The notes: a model not told the origin generated them from the letters alone. Counted from the first letter of the stretch, positions 47,736-61,009 are shown. The stretch is 64,000 nucleotides of DNA from Eledone cirrhosa (GCA_964016885.1 OZ024742.1:249178001-249242000), one strand, 5' to 3'. Program-made: numbers and translations.

Positions 47736-48039
47736 GTAGATAAATCTACCAAGAGTTTACGGTAGTGTCCAATCCGTATGAAGAACTCAATGTAATCCGG
47801 ATATCATGGAAAGAAGAGATGCAATGAAAAATCACTTTCGGTGAAAGATAAACGGAATACAGAGTCAAGATAAAATATTAAAAAAATAATGAATAAAACA
47901 ATGAAACAGTTCCTTATATTAAACAAAAAAAGTTCATTATTTAACGATCGTTTCTAGGATATATATGTGTTAGAATTGGCATGCATATTCAACAGATCTA
48001 TGTACAAAATTATACAAAATTATACAAACTATCAAAATT
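47736..48039. repeat. Dispersed repeat in (TA)n; longer, colinear version of 16288-16501
   Basis: See 16288-16501. Confidence 0.85.
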
Positions 48040-48152
48040 AAATATACATACCAAACACATATATATATGCCGTCTTCAGAAATAATAATATATATATATA
48101 TAAATTATTCAGAATATTAATAAATGAAGACATTCACATAATCAAAATATGC

Positions 48153-48212
48153 TTTATTATATATATTTCGAAGGTACTGTGCTGTTTTTTCAGTACGTCC
48201 TCGTCAGATAAA
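48153..48212 (-). ncRNA. Minimal type I hammerhead (CUGACGA)
   Basis: rc tttat-CTGACGA-gga c gtactg aaaaaacagca cagtac c ttc-GAAA-tatata-TA-ataaa. Confidence 0.82.
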
Positions 48213-48365
48213 ATACATGAATTGATGTATGACATACCTCAACGGTATTGATGGCTCAATTCCAGTACTGCCAATACTGGAATTGAACCATCAAGACAGT
48301 TGAGGTATGTCATACATCAATTCATGTATTTTATCTGACGAGGACGTACTGAAAAAAACAGCACA
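48178..48365. repeat. Near-perfect ~90-bp hairpin with a 7-nt loop, overlapping the hammerhead
   Basis: 48178-48267 is the reverse complement of 48275-48365. Loop CTGCCAA. Confidence 0.93.
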
Positions 48366-48402
48366 ATTCATTGAGTAATCAATGAACCATATTAATCTTT
48401 GG

Positions 48403-48469
<67 letters not shown>

Positions 48470-48550
48470 TATACAGACATACATATATCTCAAGTATCAT
48501 GTACTCTGATAGGAATGGTGTAACTAGTTTAAAACGGGTTCTATCCTCAA

Positions 48551-48585
<35 letters not shown>

Positions 48586-48600
48586 GTTTTAATATAGATG

Positions 48601-48650
48601 AGATTCTACAGGACTAGAACTGTTTCATTCTTTAGAAATCATCAGGAATG
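48601..48650 (-). ncRNA. Type I hammerhead (third copy of the 26907 family), ~65-bp insert in (TA)n
   Basis: rc attc-CTGATGA-tttctaaagaat-GAAA-cag ttctagtc ctg-TA-gaat. Confidence 0.82.
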
Positions 48651-48741
48651 TATATATATATATATATATAAAGTATATATAAATGTGTACGTGTATATAT
48701 ATATATAAAGTATATATAAATCTGTACGTGTATATATATAC

Positions 48742-48792
<51 letters not shown>

Positions 48793-48819
48793 CGCGTGTG
48801 TGTGTGTGTATGTGTGTGC

Positions 48820-48894
<75 letters not shown>

Positions 48895-49611
48895 TATGTT
48901 GCATTCTCACGTGCATGTATATGAGGGTTCTCTGTCTTTCCAGCTGAGTGAATGACTGAAGTTTTAGAATGTTAGGCAATATTGCAGTCATGTTCAGTGA
49001 CTCCAGCAGTTTGACGTTGCTCCATAAGCAATTACTTATGCAACGTTGTTTGCCTATTGTCATGGCCATAAACTCCTATTCATTCTGGCAGCTATTGTTA
49101 TTACTAACTAAAACTGGTGTTAAGGTAAAATAATGGCACTTATATATTTTCACTAAAGATGTCGTAAATATAGTTACAATATGTCTAGATACTCTTGCAT
49201 GAAATTGTACTGAACTGTTGTTGAAGAATGAAGCGATTTCTCTTAGTTATTATGTAGTAATTGTGTGTGTATCTTAGTCAGACAAAGAGTACTAGTGTAA
49301 ATGTGTGTTTTTTTTACATAGAGCATGCGAGACTGGTGCTGCTGGTGGTAGGAAGGCGAGCCAGTGACGATGATTTTTAAAATAGAATTTTTGAAACTTG
49401 TCAACGTGAGAAACACATACTTATTGCAGGACAGATTGCTTGCAATAGAGTGGGATAAATGTAAAGAAAAAAAATTTGGTGATCGTTTTACATAGTGCCG
49501 TAGACTGGCGTTAGAAAGAGATAAACACATACAATGTAGGGATAAATGGCTGCACCAGCGTGGCCACTGTTAAACACGCACGAGTAGCAGTTTGTGGTGT
49601 TACATCTATGC

Positions 49612-49880
49612 AATGGGCTTCCCCTCAGTTTTCTGTCGACCGCATTTCACTTACAAAGTCTGTCACAAGATTTTGTAGTTATTACATTTTCACCTCTTTC
49701 AGATTATCTTAAAGAGATTAATGTAATGAAAACATTTCCTTGAAAACTCTGAAATAATTTAAACGAATTTTGTATTGGCTTGAGGCATTAGTAGATATCA
49801 TTTGACAAAGGTGCCACGCAATGAGACCGAACTCTGGATCAATTGATTTCGAAGTGATCGTCTTAGTGACACAACTATTT
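49612..49880 (-). mobile_element. Decayed tRNA-derived SINE (octopus-type, interrupted)
   Basis: rc GAGTTCGGTCTCATTGCGTGGCACCTTTGTCAAATG..CTACTAATGCCTC and ..TTGTAAGTGAAATG..AAAACTGAGGGGAAGCCC. Recognised from memory of abundant octopus SINEs. Confidence 0.55.
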
Positions 49881-50223
49881 CTGTGACTCATTTATATTCG
49901 ATCAAATGGTAAGTTCGTTATCATCTCTTTGGGATCGTTAAAATAAATAGAGTTAAATCAATTCAGTCGCTTAAATACACAGAAAATGAACCGTACAATC
50001 ATAATGCATAATGTTCCGTAATATATTTCACTTGTTTATCACAATTCTGGAAGACCTCAGGCCAACAAGAGAGTCTATAAGAATTGTGTCAAACAAAATT
50101 TGAGGACGAATTTCAAACAAAATACTGCAACAATGATTGCCTCAACACTTCTCTGAGATCGATATTTTAGATTAATATATCATGGTAAAATGTCAATATT
50201 CCACAATTGAATTCAGTGCGATA

Positions 50224-50960
50224 TAATCCTATAAAACCGAAGGGTTTTAGGGGCTTTGTAAGCCAGAGGTATGGGGCTCCCAGAGACACCCCCACTCGCT
50301 TTATTTCAGAAACATTAACACCCTGACAATGAAACTTGGCACAAGTATAGACCATCGAAAATCATACCTTTTTGCATTACGAAAATGTTGCCGACTTCAT
50401 AATTTTTTTGACGTAATCATTTCAGCGCAGATGTGTTAAAATGTATTACTTTTATAGAGTTCAAAGGGTTTGCAGCTGTGACCATCAAACTTAGCAGGAG
50501 GATATAGGTGCTGCATATAGCCAATGTCATGTACCTCCTCTTTGCCATGTTTACTACTAAATGAAACAACAAAATGCAAATTCAAAAATTTGGCAAAATC
50601 GATTATAAAGATTGTTGCTATGGTAAGCACGTGGTTGCCGTAACAACCGTTGCTATAAATTAGATTTGTAACGTTGTTTGGTGATATTGTTTTGGTTACA
50701 AAGTCTGTATTTTCAAATCTTATGAAGAAATAACATCATTTTACACTCCCAGTTTAACTTCTGTCGTTTCCATGACAACGGGGAAAATCCTTTTAAAAAA
50801 TCAGTTATGCGAGTATTTATCAGGATTAGTTGGAGGAAAATTCACCGAATTTCATAAGAAAATCTGCTTCCTTTCGAGAGTTATGACCCCCCCCCCCCCC
50901 CAATAAAAAACCATCACACGAGGCTCTGATAGCCCCCCTTACAAGGCATAATATGGTTCA
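50224..50960. mobile_element. Decayed non-autonomous DNA transposon (TTAA/CCC-type termini, piggyBac-like)
   Basis: Ends TAATCCTATA.. and ..TATAATGGTTCA resemble TTAACCCTAT/ATAGGGTTAA. Internal AAACTTGGCACA and subterminal G/C runs. Confidence 0.4.
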
Positions 50961-51196
50961 GTTGTATATGTTTATTATTTCTTTCTGTGTTATCTGTTAT
51001 GTTATATTGTTGATGTCATTGTTATTGCTGCCGTCACTATTCCTGTGTGGCGGTTGTTGCTCTTGTTTTTCATTTTCCTCCAGATCAACTCTCATCAAAT
51101 AAGTTTCAGCTGTGACCAACTTGTATATTTTTAATACTAATACAGTTTTCGACTGTATTGGCTAACATGCCATTTTCGTTTGTTTTTACTGTCTGT

Positions 51197-51480
51197 CATC
51201 ATCATCATCATCATCCGGTGGCCTCAGCCGAAATGGACTCAACAATTGATCTCCACGTGGGTCTGTCGTTCATTGCCGTTACCAAGTCCCGGATTTCAAT
51301 ACCAGAATCTCTGGAGATGACATCGAGATAGGAGAGCTTGCGTCCCCTGTTATTAGTGACTGCTTGTTGTTTCCAAACACTAATGGGGACACAGCCTCAT
51401 AGGTGACACGATAGCAGTGACCAGCAGATCTCACTCTCCTTTTACGTACAACGTCTATCATAAGGAAGTGTCCCAAACAG
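51197..51480 (-). mobile_element. Decayed RTE LINE 3' fragment with (ATG)n tail
   Basis: RKRRVRSAGHCYR (51279-51476), AMNDRPTWR, and a (CAT)n tract at 51197-51213. Confidence 0.7.
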
Positions 51481-51539
51481 TCTCCAATATATATAAAATG
51501 TGTAGACGTAGCAGCAGTTGTTGTTGCTGTTGTTTAGAC

Positions 51540-51719
51540 CAGGCATGCCAAACATGGGCCCTTTACAGGCACAAATGCGGCCCGCACAAAGGTTTTTACA
51601 GCGCGAGCATGTTTTATCTTGGTAAAATTAGTTGTAATATGAGCAATTAGCTGTCGTATGTGGCCCTCAACAGAACATTCTCATGTGGCCCTCAGAGGAC
51701 CTTCAATTTGACATGCCTG
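51540..51719. mobile_element. hAT (Charlie-like) MITE, 180 bp, with 8-bp TSD
   Basis: TIRs CAGGCATGCCAAA / TTTGACATGCCTG. Perfect TSD GTTTAGAC at 51532-51539 and 51720-51727. Subterminal TGYGGCCC motifs. Confidence 0.92.
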
Positions 51720-52266
51720 GTTTAGACCTTGTCAAATCCCGATCAAATGTATTCAGTTGCGACCATCCTTTCTTTTTGCGTATCAAGGATATTTTTTTTA
51801 TGATGCTATGTGTATAAGTTGAGGGATATTTGGTTGATATGTCTTACATGCTAAGCCACAGCGTTATGGCTCCCACATTATGGCTCCCACGTTGTTAGGT
51901 GAATTTTATTGATCAAAACTTATGTGTTTATGTTTGACGTGTGTATTTTATTGTCGTTTGTTTTGTGTGTTACCGTTAGTGTTGTGTTGTTACTGTGTTG
52001 TGTTGTTGCATGTGTTGAATGTTTTTGTTTTTGTTGTTGTATGTGTGGTGCATATGTTTTGCATGTTGTTTTAGTTGTTGCTGTGTGTCTATGTGCTTTA
52101 ATATCCTGACTCAGTTGTGGTGTTTTTAAAGCACGTGTATTGTTATGTTCATTATATAAGTGTTGTTGCTGTTGTTGTTGTGTGTGTGTATTAACATCTT
52201 TGTTTTGTTTTGTTATATATGCCTGTCTTTGGTTGTATTATATCTTATCTACTGTCGTTATTAGTA

Positions 52267-52815
52267 GGGGGTGGATTGGCAGTATCGGTAGAGAATCGGA
52301 CAACATGCTTTCCAGCATAGTTACGTCCCTTTACGGTCTGAGTTCAAATGCCGCCGAGGTTAACTTTGCCTTTCATCCTTACGGGGTCGATAAAATAGAG
52401 TACCAGTAATGTACTGGGTATTTGCTGGCCTTGTGCCAAAAGTAGAAACAGTTATTAGGGTCAAGGCGGTGAATTAGCAGTATCGGTAGAGGGTCGGACG
52501 TCATGCTTTGACGCATAGAGTTACGGCCCTTGCCATTCTGTGTTCAAATCCCGTCGGGGTTAACTTTGCCTTTCATCGTTACGGGGTCGATAAAATAAAG
52601 TACCAGTAATACACTGGGTATTTGCTGGCCTTGTGCCGAAAGTAGAAATAGTTATCAGGGTGGAGGATTGGCAGTATTGGTAAGGTGTAGGACAACGGGT
52701 TTTACAGCATACAGTTACGACCTTTCACGTTATGAGTTCAAATCCCGCCATTAATGCACTACGGTTAATTTTACCGACATTCCCCTCTCCCAAAATTGTT
52801 GGCCAATCAGAAACT
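52267..52815 (+). mobile_element. Head-to-tail array of three tRNA-derived SINE units
   Basis: Units at 52267-52456, 52457-52656 and 52657-~52815. Each has TTRGCAGTATYGGTA (A-box) and GTTCAAATSCC (B-box). Confidence 0.88.
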
Positions 52816-53147
52816 GTTAAGTCTCTGTTGTCTTTTTTGTGTGTGTTTTGATTGTTTTTTTACTGTTTGATCGTTAATTTGGCCAGTAAAGTTATTCCTG
52901 TTTACAGTACCAGTTAGTGAAATTTTCCATTGAAAATTGAAATCTTTCAAATAAATGACTTAAAGCAACATGTCTACTATTTCAATAGGCAATCCTCCTT
53001 TCTTATTCATTCTCTTTTGTATCCCGTCTGTCTTTCTTTCCTTCTCTCCTCCTTCCTCCTTTTATCTTCCGTGTTTTTTTTATGTTTTCCATTTCCTTTT
53101 CCGTTCAGTATTTGAATACATTTTCAGTCACTTTAAACGTCTATGTG

Positions 53148-53405
53148 TCGCTCTCTCTTTCGCTCCTCTCTCATTCTTCTCCTCTCGCTCTCTTTCGCTC
53201 CTCTCTCATTCTCCTCTAATTCTCTTTCGCTCCTCTCTCATTCTCCTCCTCTCGCTCTCTTTCGCCCCTCTCTCATACTCCTCTAATTCTCTTTCGCTCC
53301 TCTCTCATTCTCCTCCTCTCGCTCTCTTTCGCCCCTCTCTCATTCTCCTCTAATTCTCTTTCGCCCCTCTCAAATTCTCCTCTAATTCTCTGTCGCTCCT
53401 CTCTC
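53148..53405. repeat. Pyrimidine-rich ~32-bp minisatellite (CTCTTTCGCYCCTCTCTCATTCTCCTCTAATT)
   Basis: About 7-8 tandem units by direct reading. Confidence 0.85.
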
Positions 53406-53458
53406 GTTTTCTTTCTCTTTCTCTCACTCTCTGGATTGTATTAACAATGAAATACGAA

Positions 53459-53494
<36 letters not shown>

Positions 53495-53543
53495 TCGTCT
53501 TCTTCTTCTTCTTCTTCTTATTATTATTATTATTATTATTATA

Positions 53544-54448
53544 ATCGGGCAATGTGATCGGTGGAAACTCCACCTTGGCGTTCTATAGGGGATTAGTGGA
53601 GGGGAAGAGCGACGACGTACTTGGAGAAACTCTAGGCGTCGACGAAAATCAACTAGCCAATCTCTTCGGAAGGACTTTCGGGCCGGGGCCTATGGACAAC
53701 TTCCAGAAATCCCTGGCCTGGCAGTGCTACCGAGGAGCTTTGCCAGTTCGGGATAAACTCTACAGGCATGGAGGTGCCGTCAGCCGGGCATGTCCGAGAT
53801 GCGCGCAGGGCGACGAAACCGTCCTGCACGCACTCGTCCAGTGTCCGAGCATTGCTGACTTGTGGGTTTATGTCGAACACCTGCTGTCACGTGTAGGACC
53901 TATCCAGCTATCAGCTGAGTCCATCGTGAGGATTGCCCCGCCCCCTTCCTTTAGCCTGGAAGGGCAGGCAGTTTTTATCTGTCTGGTGGCCATGGCGAAA
54001 GAGATAGTATGGTGGACACGTTTGAAAGGGCTGAAGATGAGCACTTACCTCTTCGGTGATGCCCTGATTAACTTTTTCAAATTTCATTTGAAAAGGAAAA
54101 TCAGGGTAGAGAGGGAAGTGCTCTCTTCCCAGCATTTTGTTGAAAGATGGGTGAGAGAAGCAAGTATGGCCCGAATGAATGGGCCTTCTCTGAGTATGTG
54201 TCTGTAAATTAAAGGTGGAAAACTGGGAGAGGGCACTTGCCCTGGTGGTCAGGGCCACTGTGGTCTTTTAATGGGCTTTCTCCACAAATGTCCCTTGGAA
54301 GTCTCCCCCTATTGGGGAATTTTTCTTTGTTATTTTATTTCAACCTCTGTTTTTTTACACGCAGAAATGCCCATTTGTACCGTCCTGTATTGTCCTGTAC
54401 TGTCCTTAATGTCTACTTTATGTGAACCCTTGTGGTTAATAAAGAAAA

Positions 54449-54449
<1 letters not shown>
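53544..54449 (+). mobile_element. Tx1 LINE 3' fragment flanked on both sides by (TTA)n
   Basis: Intact ORF 53554-54207 with CPRCAQGDETVLHALVQC. Ends CCCTTGTGGTTAATAAAG. Confidence 0.92.

Positions 54450-54511
<62 letters not shown>
54450..54511. repeat. (TTA)n tract shared by the Tx1 3' end and the Dong-like 3' end
   Basis: Direct reading. Confidence 0.95.
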
Positions 54512-54512
<1 letters not shown>

Positions 54513-55238
54513 TGAGTCTCAGTCATTGATGTTAGTTAACTGGAAAGTTTGTTGAAATGAATATCAAGCCACTACCTGCAGCCTCAGATATTCAGGACGT
54601 ATCGGAGGGTTCTTGCTGTTCCCAGCAAGCATGCCTTTTGAAGCGTTCCAAAAAGCGTGAAGGGGCCAATTTTCTTTGACCATCCCTGGAAACTTTTTCA
54701 GATAGTCCCTAGTGCGCCTATGACAATCGGGATCACTTTGACTTCATGGCAGTTCCAAATCCTTTTCACCTCCCACTCTAAGTCCTGGTATCGGTTAATT
54801 TTCTCCCTCTCCTTCTCTTGCACTCTCGTGTCGAATGGGCAGGACACATCCACAGTCAGGCACGATCTTTTTTCTTTGTCCACAACCACGAGGTCAGGTC
54901 TATTGTGTTCCAGTTTCTTGTCCGTCTGTATCCTAAAATCCCACAGCACCTTCACCTGATCGTTTTCTATCACCGCCTCTGGCTTATGCTCATACCACTT
55001 CTCAGAATGTGGTAAATTGTTTACTTTGCATAGGTGCCAGTGGATCACCCTGCCCATCACATCATGTCTCTAGCCCTTATAGTGAGTCTGGGCTAGGTGT
55101 TTACACTCGGATACAATGTGAGCCACAGTCTCCTCTCTCTCTCCACAGATCCTGCACAGTGGGCTAGCCTCCTCCTTGTAAATATGGTGTTTCAACCACT
55201 TCGTTTTGAGGGCCTGCTCTTGCGCAGCCATTAGCATT
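54512..55238 (-). mobile_element. R4/Dong-like RLE LINE 3' fragment (second family), ending in (TAA)n
   Basis: AAQEQAL, CRIC..ETVAHIVSEC..RHD, LWDFRIQTD..HNRPDLVVVD..DVSCP..EK..Y and PIVIGALG. Confidence 0.93.
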
Positions 55239-58200
55239 CCTTTTGTAGCCAACAACACCAACAACTGTACCAACGAAAACAAAAACAATGACACCGATAC
55301 CTGTAATAGCGATCTCAGCACCACCAGTAAGACCAGTAGCGGCAGCAATAGTGGTGCTGCTGAAAAAGGGACCACTTCTTATGCAGGTGTAGCCCGAAAT
55401 ATCGAGACAGTGTTAGTCACAGAGGAGGAGATGGCAGTCGAAGGGCCATGGTGACAAGAAGCTCCAATAGAGTTTCCTTGAAACCTCCACCCGATTTTTC
55501 AAGGACCAGCAGCTACGGACGGTGACTTACCGCACCGTAAGCAAAATCTCACATCGAGTGGAGAGAGCCACGGAGGCTCAAATCCAAAAGACCTTGAGGT
55601 TCGTCTGGGCACGCAAAACCCACATCACCCGAGGCAGAAAGTACGCCACAGTAGACGTACTTTTCGCCACCCCCCTGGAAGCAAAGTCTCACTCTTTGGA
55701 AATCCTAAAGAGTGAGGAGATAGCCTTGTTGCCCTCCTACTGCGGGCAGAAAATTGTGAGGGTCAAAGTGACCTAGGTCCCACCCGACGTGCCCATACCT
55801 TGGCTGGCCGCATCTGTCCTTGCTGGAATCGAGAACAGGACGACCATGCTGCAAGTAGAAAAAATAGGGAGAGAGAACTGGTCAGGTATAGGCATGCAAA
55901 TGCTTATACAAACTGACCAGGAATGTATCGACGCTATCCCCGATATCATAGACATCGAGGAAGGACTCCAACTCCCTATAAGTGTAGGAGGAAGACGGCC
56001 AAAATGTTATCTCTGTGGGTCGAAGGGTCACCTCAGGGCCTTTTGCCCGCAGAAGACAGCGAAGAAGGCCCCCTCTCCTTCCAATACCTGGTCCGCTGCT
56101 ACCAAGAGCAGGGCAGGCAACAAACGAAGAAGCCCCTTCCACGGTGAGTAGGAGGGCAACGTCCGTAGCACCCGTACCAAGGCCACGGACAACTAAAGCA
56201 GCATCACAGTAGCGGCAACACCAATAGCTACATTTGAAGTAGCTACAACAGCAACAAAATTGCCGAAGAGGGCTCCACTACCACCACCAACAGCCGTGAA
56301 GCACATATCCCTCCCAGACGCCACAGAATCCGACATCGAGTTTGAGGCGGGTGTGAAGTGGCAAACGGTCTGCCACAAAAAACAAAAAAGAAAAAAACCC
56401 CTTAGATTCACCTTCCAAAAGCGAAGGCATACAAAGAGGGGTAAAGGCAGCAAGGAAACTTGCAGCAACACCACCACCATCACCACCACAAGCACCACTA
56501 ACAACAACAACCAGACCACCACCAGCATCACCAAAAACACCAACAACGCAAACACAACAAGACACACACACCAAACAGCAACAAGAAGAAAACAGCAACA
56601 AAATCACCTCTTCCCCCCAAAAAAGTACACAGCCATAAACATGGCAAAAAAACAACTCATACAATATATAAAGCAGCACACAGACATCACAGAAAAAAAC
56701 TACTACACCCCACCAACACCAAGAACTCTCCCGACAAACATAAGCATCATCGAAATCTCAATAGAACAGTACAAACCTTTAAAACAAAAATTCCCCAACG
56801 CAGTTGGAGACTTCAGAGGGTCGGTTACCAAGAGGATGTACACTGACATCCTCTTGGAAACACCCATGACCAGCGAAAGGGACGGTTCTACTGTCTCTTC
56901 ACCACACGAACAAGGTAAGTGACCCTTTCTCACTTGCCCCGTTTCTCATCCAACATGGCCGTACTCAGAATAGGCAGTATAAATGCACGTGGCCTGGGGT
57001 CATCTTGGAAGCAGGGTCACCTGCTCAACGACCTCAGGTCACTAAACATAGATGTGGTGGCCATCAGTGAAACCAGAATCTCCGAAGCACAAGCCTTCGC
57101 ACAGATCTTCGGCGGCTACGATGTATACGCATCTCCCAGCCGTCTAGGATCGGGGGGAGGGGGCGCCGTCCTTTTTCGGAGAGGCTTGGATCTCGCGATA
57201 CGGGCCATCTTCCTAGACCCAGAAGGTAAGTCGGTGGTGCTGGACGTGACCGGCAGCGAAGTCAATGCTTTCAGGCTAGTAGCCGTCTACGCCCCAACAA
57301 GGGCAGCACGGCCAGATTTCTTAAGACGTCTAGAGACCTTTCTTGGAACGTCCCGCTCTTTAGTGTTAGTGGGCGACTGGAATGGTATCTTGGATGCACG
57401 CTGGGATCGTGTGGGGCTAGCGGATAGGGGAGGAGGGTGCAAGAGCCTCACCAACCTGCTCAGACGTTTTGAACTGTCTGACAGGTATCGACTGGATCAC
57501 CCGAATGCGCCAATGTGGACAAGGACAAACCGCATCGGGTCATCCAGATCGTATCACGATAGGGTATTCTGCATGGAACTAGATAAGGCTAGTATAAGTT
57601 GTCCACAATTTAAAATAGTCAACTACACAGACCACAAATTTGTGATCTGTGAGATCGACATAAACAGACTTCATAGACAAGGGCCTGGTTACTGGAAGCT
57701 GAACGCGTCTTTCCCGGCGCGCAAAGCCTACAGAGACCGGATTTGCGTATTATTTAAGCGGGCGTTGACGGGAGTGGTCGTCAACAACTGGTGGTGGTTC
57801 GCCCTTAAAAGGGCAATTAAAGTAGAGTCGATTAGGTTTAGCAAAGGAGTAGTGAGAGAGGAAAATAGAGTAGAGGGAGAGCTAGTCAGAAAGCTAAAAG
57901 AGGCGTTTAGGACAGGCATCGCAACCGACGTGCTTGCGGCGAGATTGGCACTCGACCAATTCTTCAACGCAAAACACGAAGGCTGCGTTGGCAGAGCTAG
58001 AGCACGTGCTCTGAAACACGAGGGGACAAAAGCCGTTAAATGGGCCCGGGTGACAGAGGCGCGACGTGGCAACAAAGCCACAATTCGGTCTTTGTCTGAC
58101 CAAAACGGGTGCGTGATGTTCGAAGCCGAGCGGATGTGTGAAGCTTTTCAGCAGTACTTTGCTGAACTGTTCGGGAGCGGCGGCGGGTCGGATCGGGGCA

Positions 58201-60642
58201 TGGATTTCAGTGCATACCTCGACGGACTGCCTCGGCTCTCGACGACCGCAGCACAGTGTTGCGAAAAGCCAATAACAGCCGGTGAAATACGGGAAGCAAT
58301 GGCTACCTGCACAAGGGTAAATCGCCAGGTTTGGATGGTCTGCCCTACGAGCTTTATGCATTTATTCCAGACTTGTTCGGTGACCACTTGGCAGACGTCT
58401 ACTGCAACTGGCAGCAGAACGGGAGCATTCCCAGTTTTGTGAGCCGGGGAGCAGTGAAGCTGCTGAGAAAAGACCCGAACAAGGGGGATGTTATCGATAA
58501 TTTCAGGCCCATAACCCTGCTAAACGCAGATTTCAAGATTTTGGCCAAGGTGCTAGCAACGAGGTTGGCGCTTGTCGTCAAGTGTCTGGTGGGAGAGGCG
58601 CAGTAAGCGCCATTCCGGACAGATCCATACACGACAACATCCACCTCATGCGATACATCATGGAGAGGGTGGTTAAGGAATCTGGCACGGGTGGGGTCCT
58701 GATCAACTTGGACCAATCCAAAGCATTCGATAGGGTCGACCATCGGTACCTGGCGGCGGTCTCGCGGCAGGGGGTTCGGGCCCGTTTTCAGGGGTTGGAT
58801 CGCAGCAATGTACAGCGACATCTGCTCAGTTGTGAGGGTGAACGGTCACCTGTCGCAGCCGTTCAGCATCATGCGCTCAGTCCGCCAGTGTTGTCCCCTC
58901 TCGTTCCTCTTGTACGTATTGGCTCTCGAGCCGTTACTGCACAAACTGGGGGCGATGAGGAGTGTCCCACGCGAACTAGGATGAGGGAAATCCGAGTCGA
59001 CTTACACTGACGACGTCACCATGGTGGTGTCGAACACCAGACACGTCCAGATGATATGCACCGCTCTCAAGGAATACGAAGCGGTAACAGGAGCAAAGAT
59101 AACCAGGAAAAGTCGGTGGGCTTGCAGCTTGGCACCTGGCGAGGCAAGTCCATGCCGTCTGACAGCGTCGTGGGGCGTTGGACGGACGGACCGGTTAAAT
59201 TGCCCGGGGGCTGGTTCGGACGGACCTCCAGATGGAGAAAAACTGGAACGAGGTGACGAGCAGAGTGGCCTCCCTCACCCAGAAATGGGCCGAGAGGAGG
59301 CTGTCCCTGAAAGGCCGGGCGGACGTGCTGAATCCGTACATCGCATCCGTTATCTGCTGCCGCCTCACCGTCGTCCCTTGCTCCAGCCCAACTCTCTCCA
59401 AAATGGAGCGCCTCCTCTTCCGCTTTTTGTGGAAGGGACGCGCTCCCATGGTCAGACGATCCATCTGCTGTCAAGACTCGTTGCGTGGAGGACTGGGCAT
59501 ACCATGGTTGATGATGCGCAAACATGCGCTGAGGCTGCGACATATCTGGTGCTTCTTTGATGGTGAACAGGCGTGGTCGCCGTTTGCTAGACGCGTCTTT
59601 CCCCAGCTCTTCTCCTTGACGGAGCTGCAGTCCTGGGTCAGAAAAGCGCTTGGAAACTGTAATGTCTCCAGGCGCTCACTTCCCTCTGTCAGCTGGGCAC
59701 CAGTATCGGCGTTCTATAGAGGACTAGTGGAGGGGAAGAGGGACGGCACTCTCGGAGAGATCCTGGGCGTTGAAGAAGATCAGCTGTTTGCTCTCTTCCG
59801 GAGAACTTTCAGCCCAGGGTCTATGGATACCTTCCAAAAATCATTGGCCTGGCAGTGCTACCGGGGTGCGTTGCCGGTTCGAGATAAGCTCTACAGACAC
59901 GGAAGTGCCGTCAGCCGAGCCTGTCCGAGATGCGCTCAGAGCGACGAAACCGCCGTGCACGCACTCGTTCAGTGTCCGAGCATTGCTGACTTGTGGAGCT
60001 AGGTCGAACAGTTGCTGTCGCGTGTAGGACTGATCCGGTTGTCGACTGAGTCCATTGTGCGATGGTCTCGGCGTCTTCCTTCGAGGAGGAAGGGCAGGCG
60101 GTTTTCATCTGCCTGGTGGCTATGGCGAAAGAGATTGTGTGGTGGACAAGGTTAAAAGGTTTAAAGATAGACACTTTCCTCTTCGGCGAATCCCTAATTA
60201 ACTTTTTTAAGTTTCACTTGAAGAGGAAAATCAGGGTGGAGAGGCAAGTGCTGCCTTCTAGCAAGTTTGTTGAAAGGTGGGTGAATGTAGCGAGAATGGT
60301 CTGAATATACGTCTGTAGTTTGAGAGATGGAAACATTGAGAGAGGGTGCTTGCCCTGGTGGTCATGGTGGCCGTGGTCTTTGTGTGGTTTTCGCCACGAG
60401 TAACCCTCGGAGGTTTTCCCCCCTAGTGTGGAATTTGTCATTGTTTCAATTTTCATTTTTATTGTTTATATATATATATGTTTCTATGTCCTTTTTTTTC
60501 TTTTCTTATATAAATAATAAAAATATTTACTCGCACAAACCCACATTGTACCGTCCTGTACCGTCCTGTGCCGTTTGTAATGTTTTTCTTGATGTTAGCC
60601 CTTGTGGCCAATAAAGACATTATTATTATTATTATTATTATT
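55237..60642 (+). mobile_element. Near full-length Tx1-clade LINE: ORF1 (CCHC knuckle) + ORF2 (APE, RT, Cys motif), (ATT)n tail; frameshifted
   Basis: CYLCGSKGHLRAFC. LRIGSINARG..ISET, VYAP, VGDWN, TDH and GYWKLN (56919-58442). DGLPYELY, LDQSKAFDRVDH, YTDD (~59004) and CPRC..HALVQC. Confidence 0.95.
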
Positions 60643-60659
60643 ACACACACACACACACT

Positions 60660-60735
<76 letters not shown>

Positions 60736-60946
60736 GAGAGATATGTAAACGATTTTGTCCCTTCCCGGTCTAGCGCATTTCCCCTCACCCCCTCCCATCA
60801 TCACTTCATTTTCCTTCCTGATTTGTTTTCAAACATTCATTACATATTACATTAAACACCTCTTTATTTATTTAGCCTCCTCCTCTCCTTTCATCCCTCC
60901 CCAATATATATATATATATATGTATATATAAATATATTTATATATG

Positions 60947-61009
<63 letters not shown>

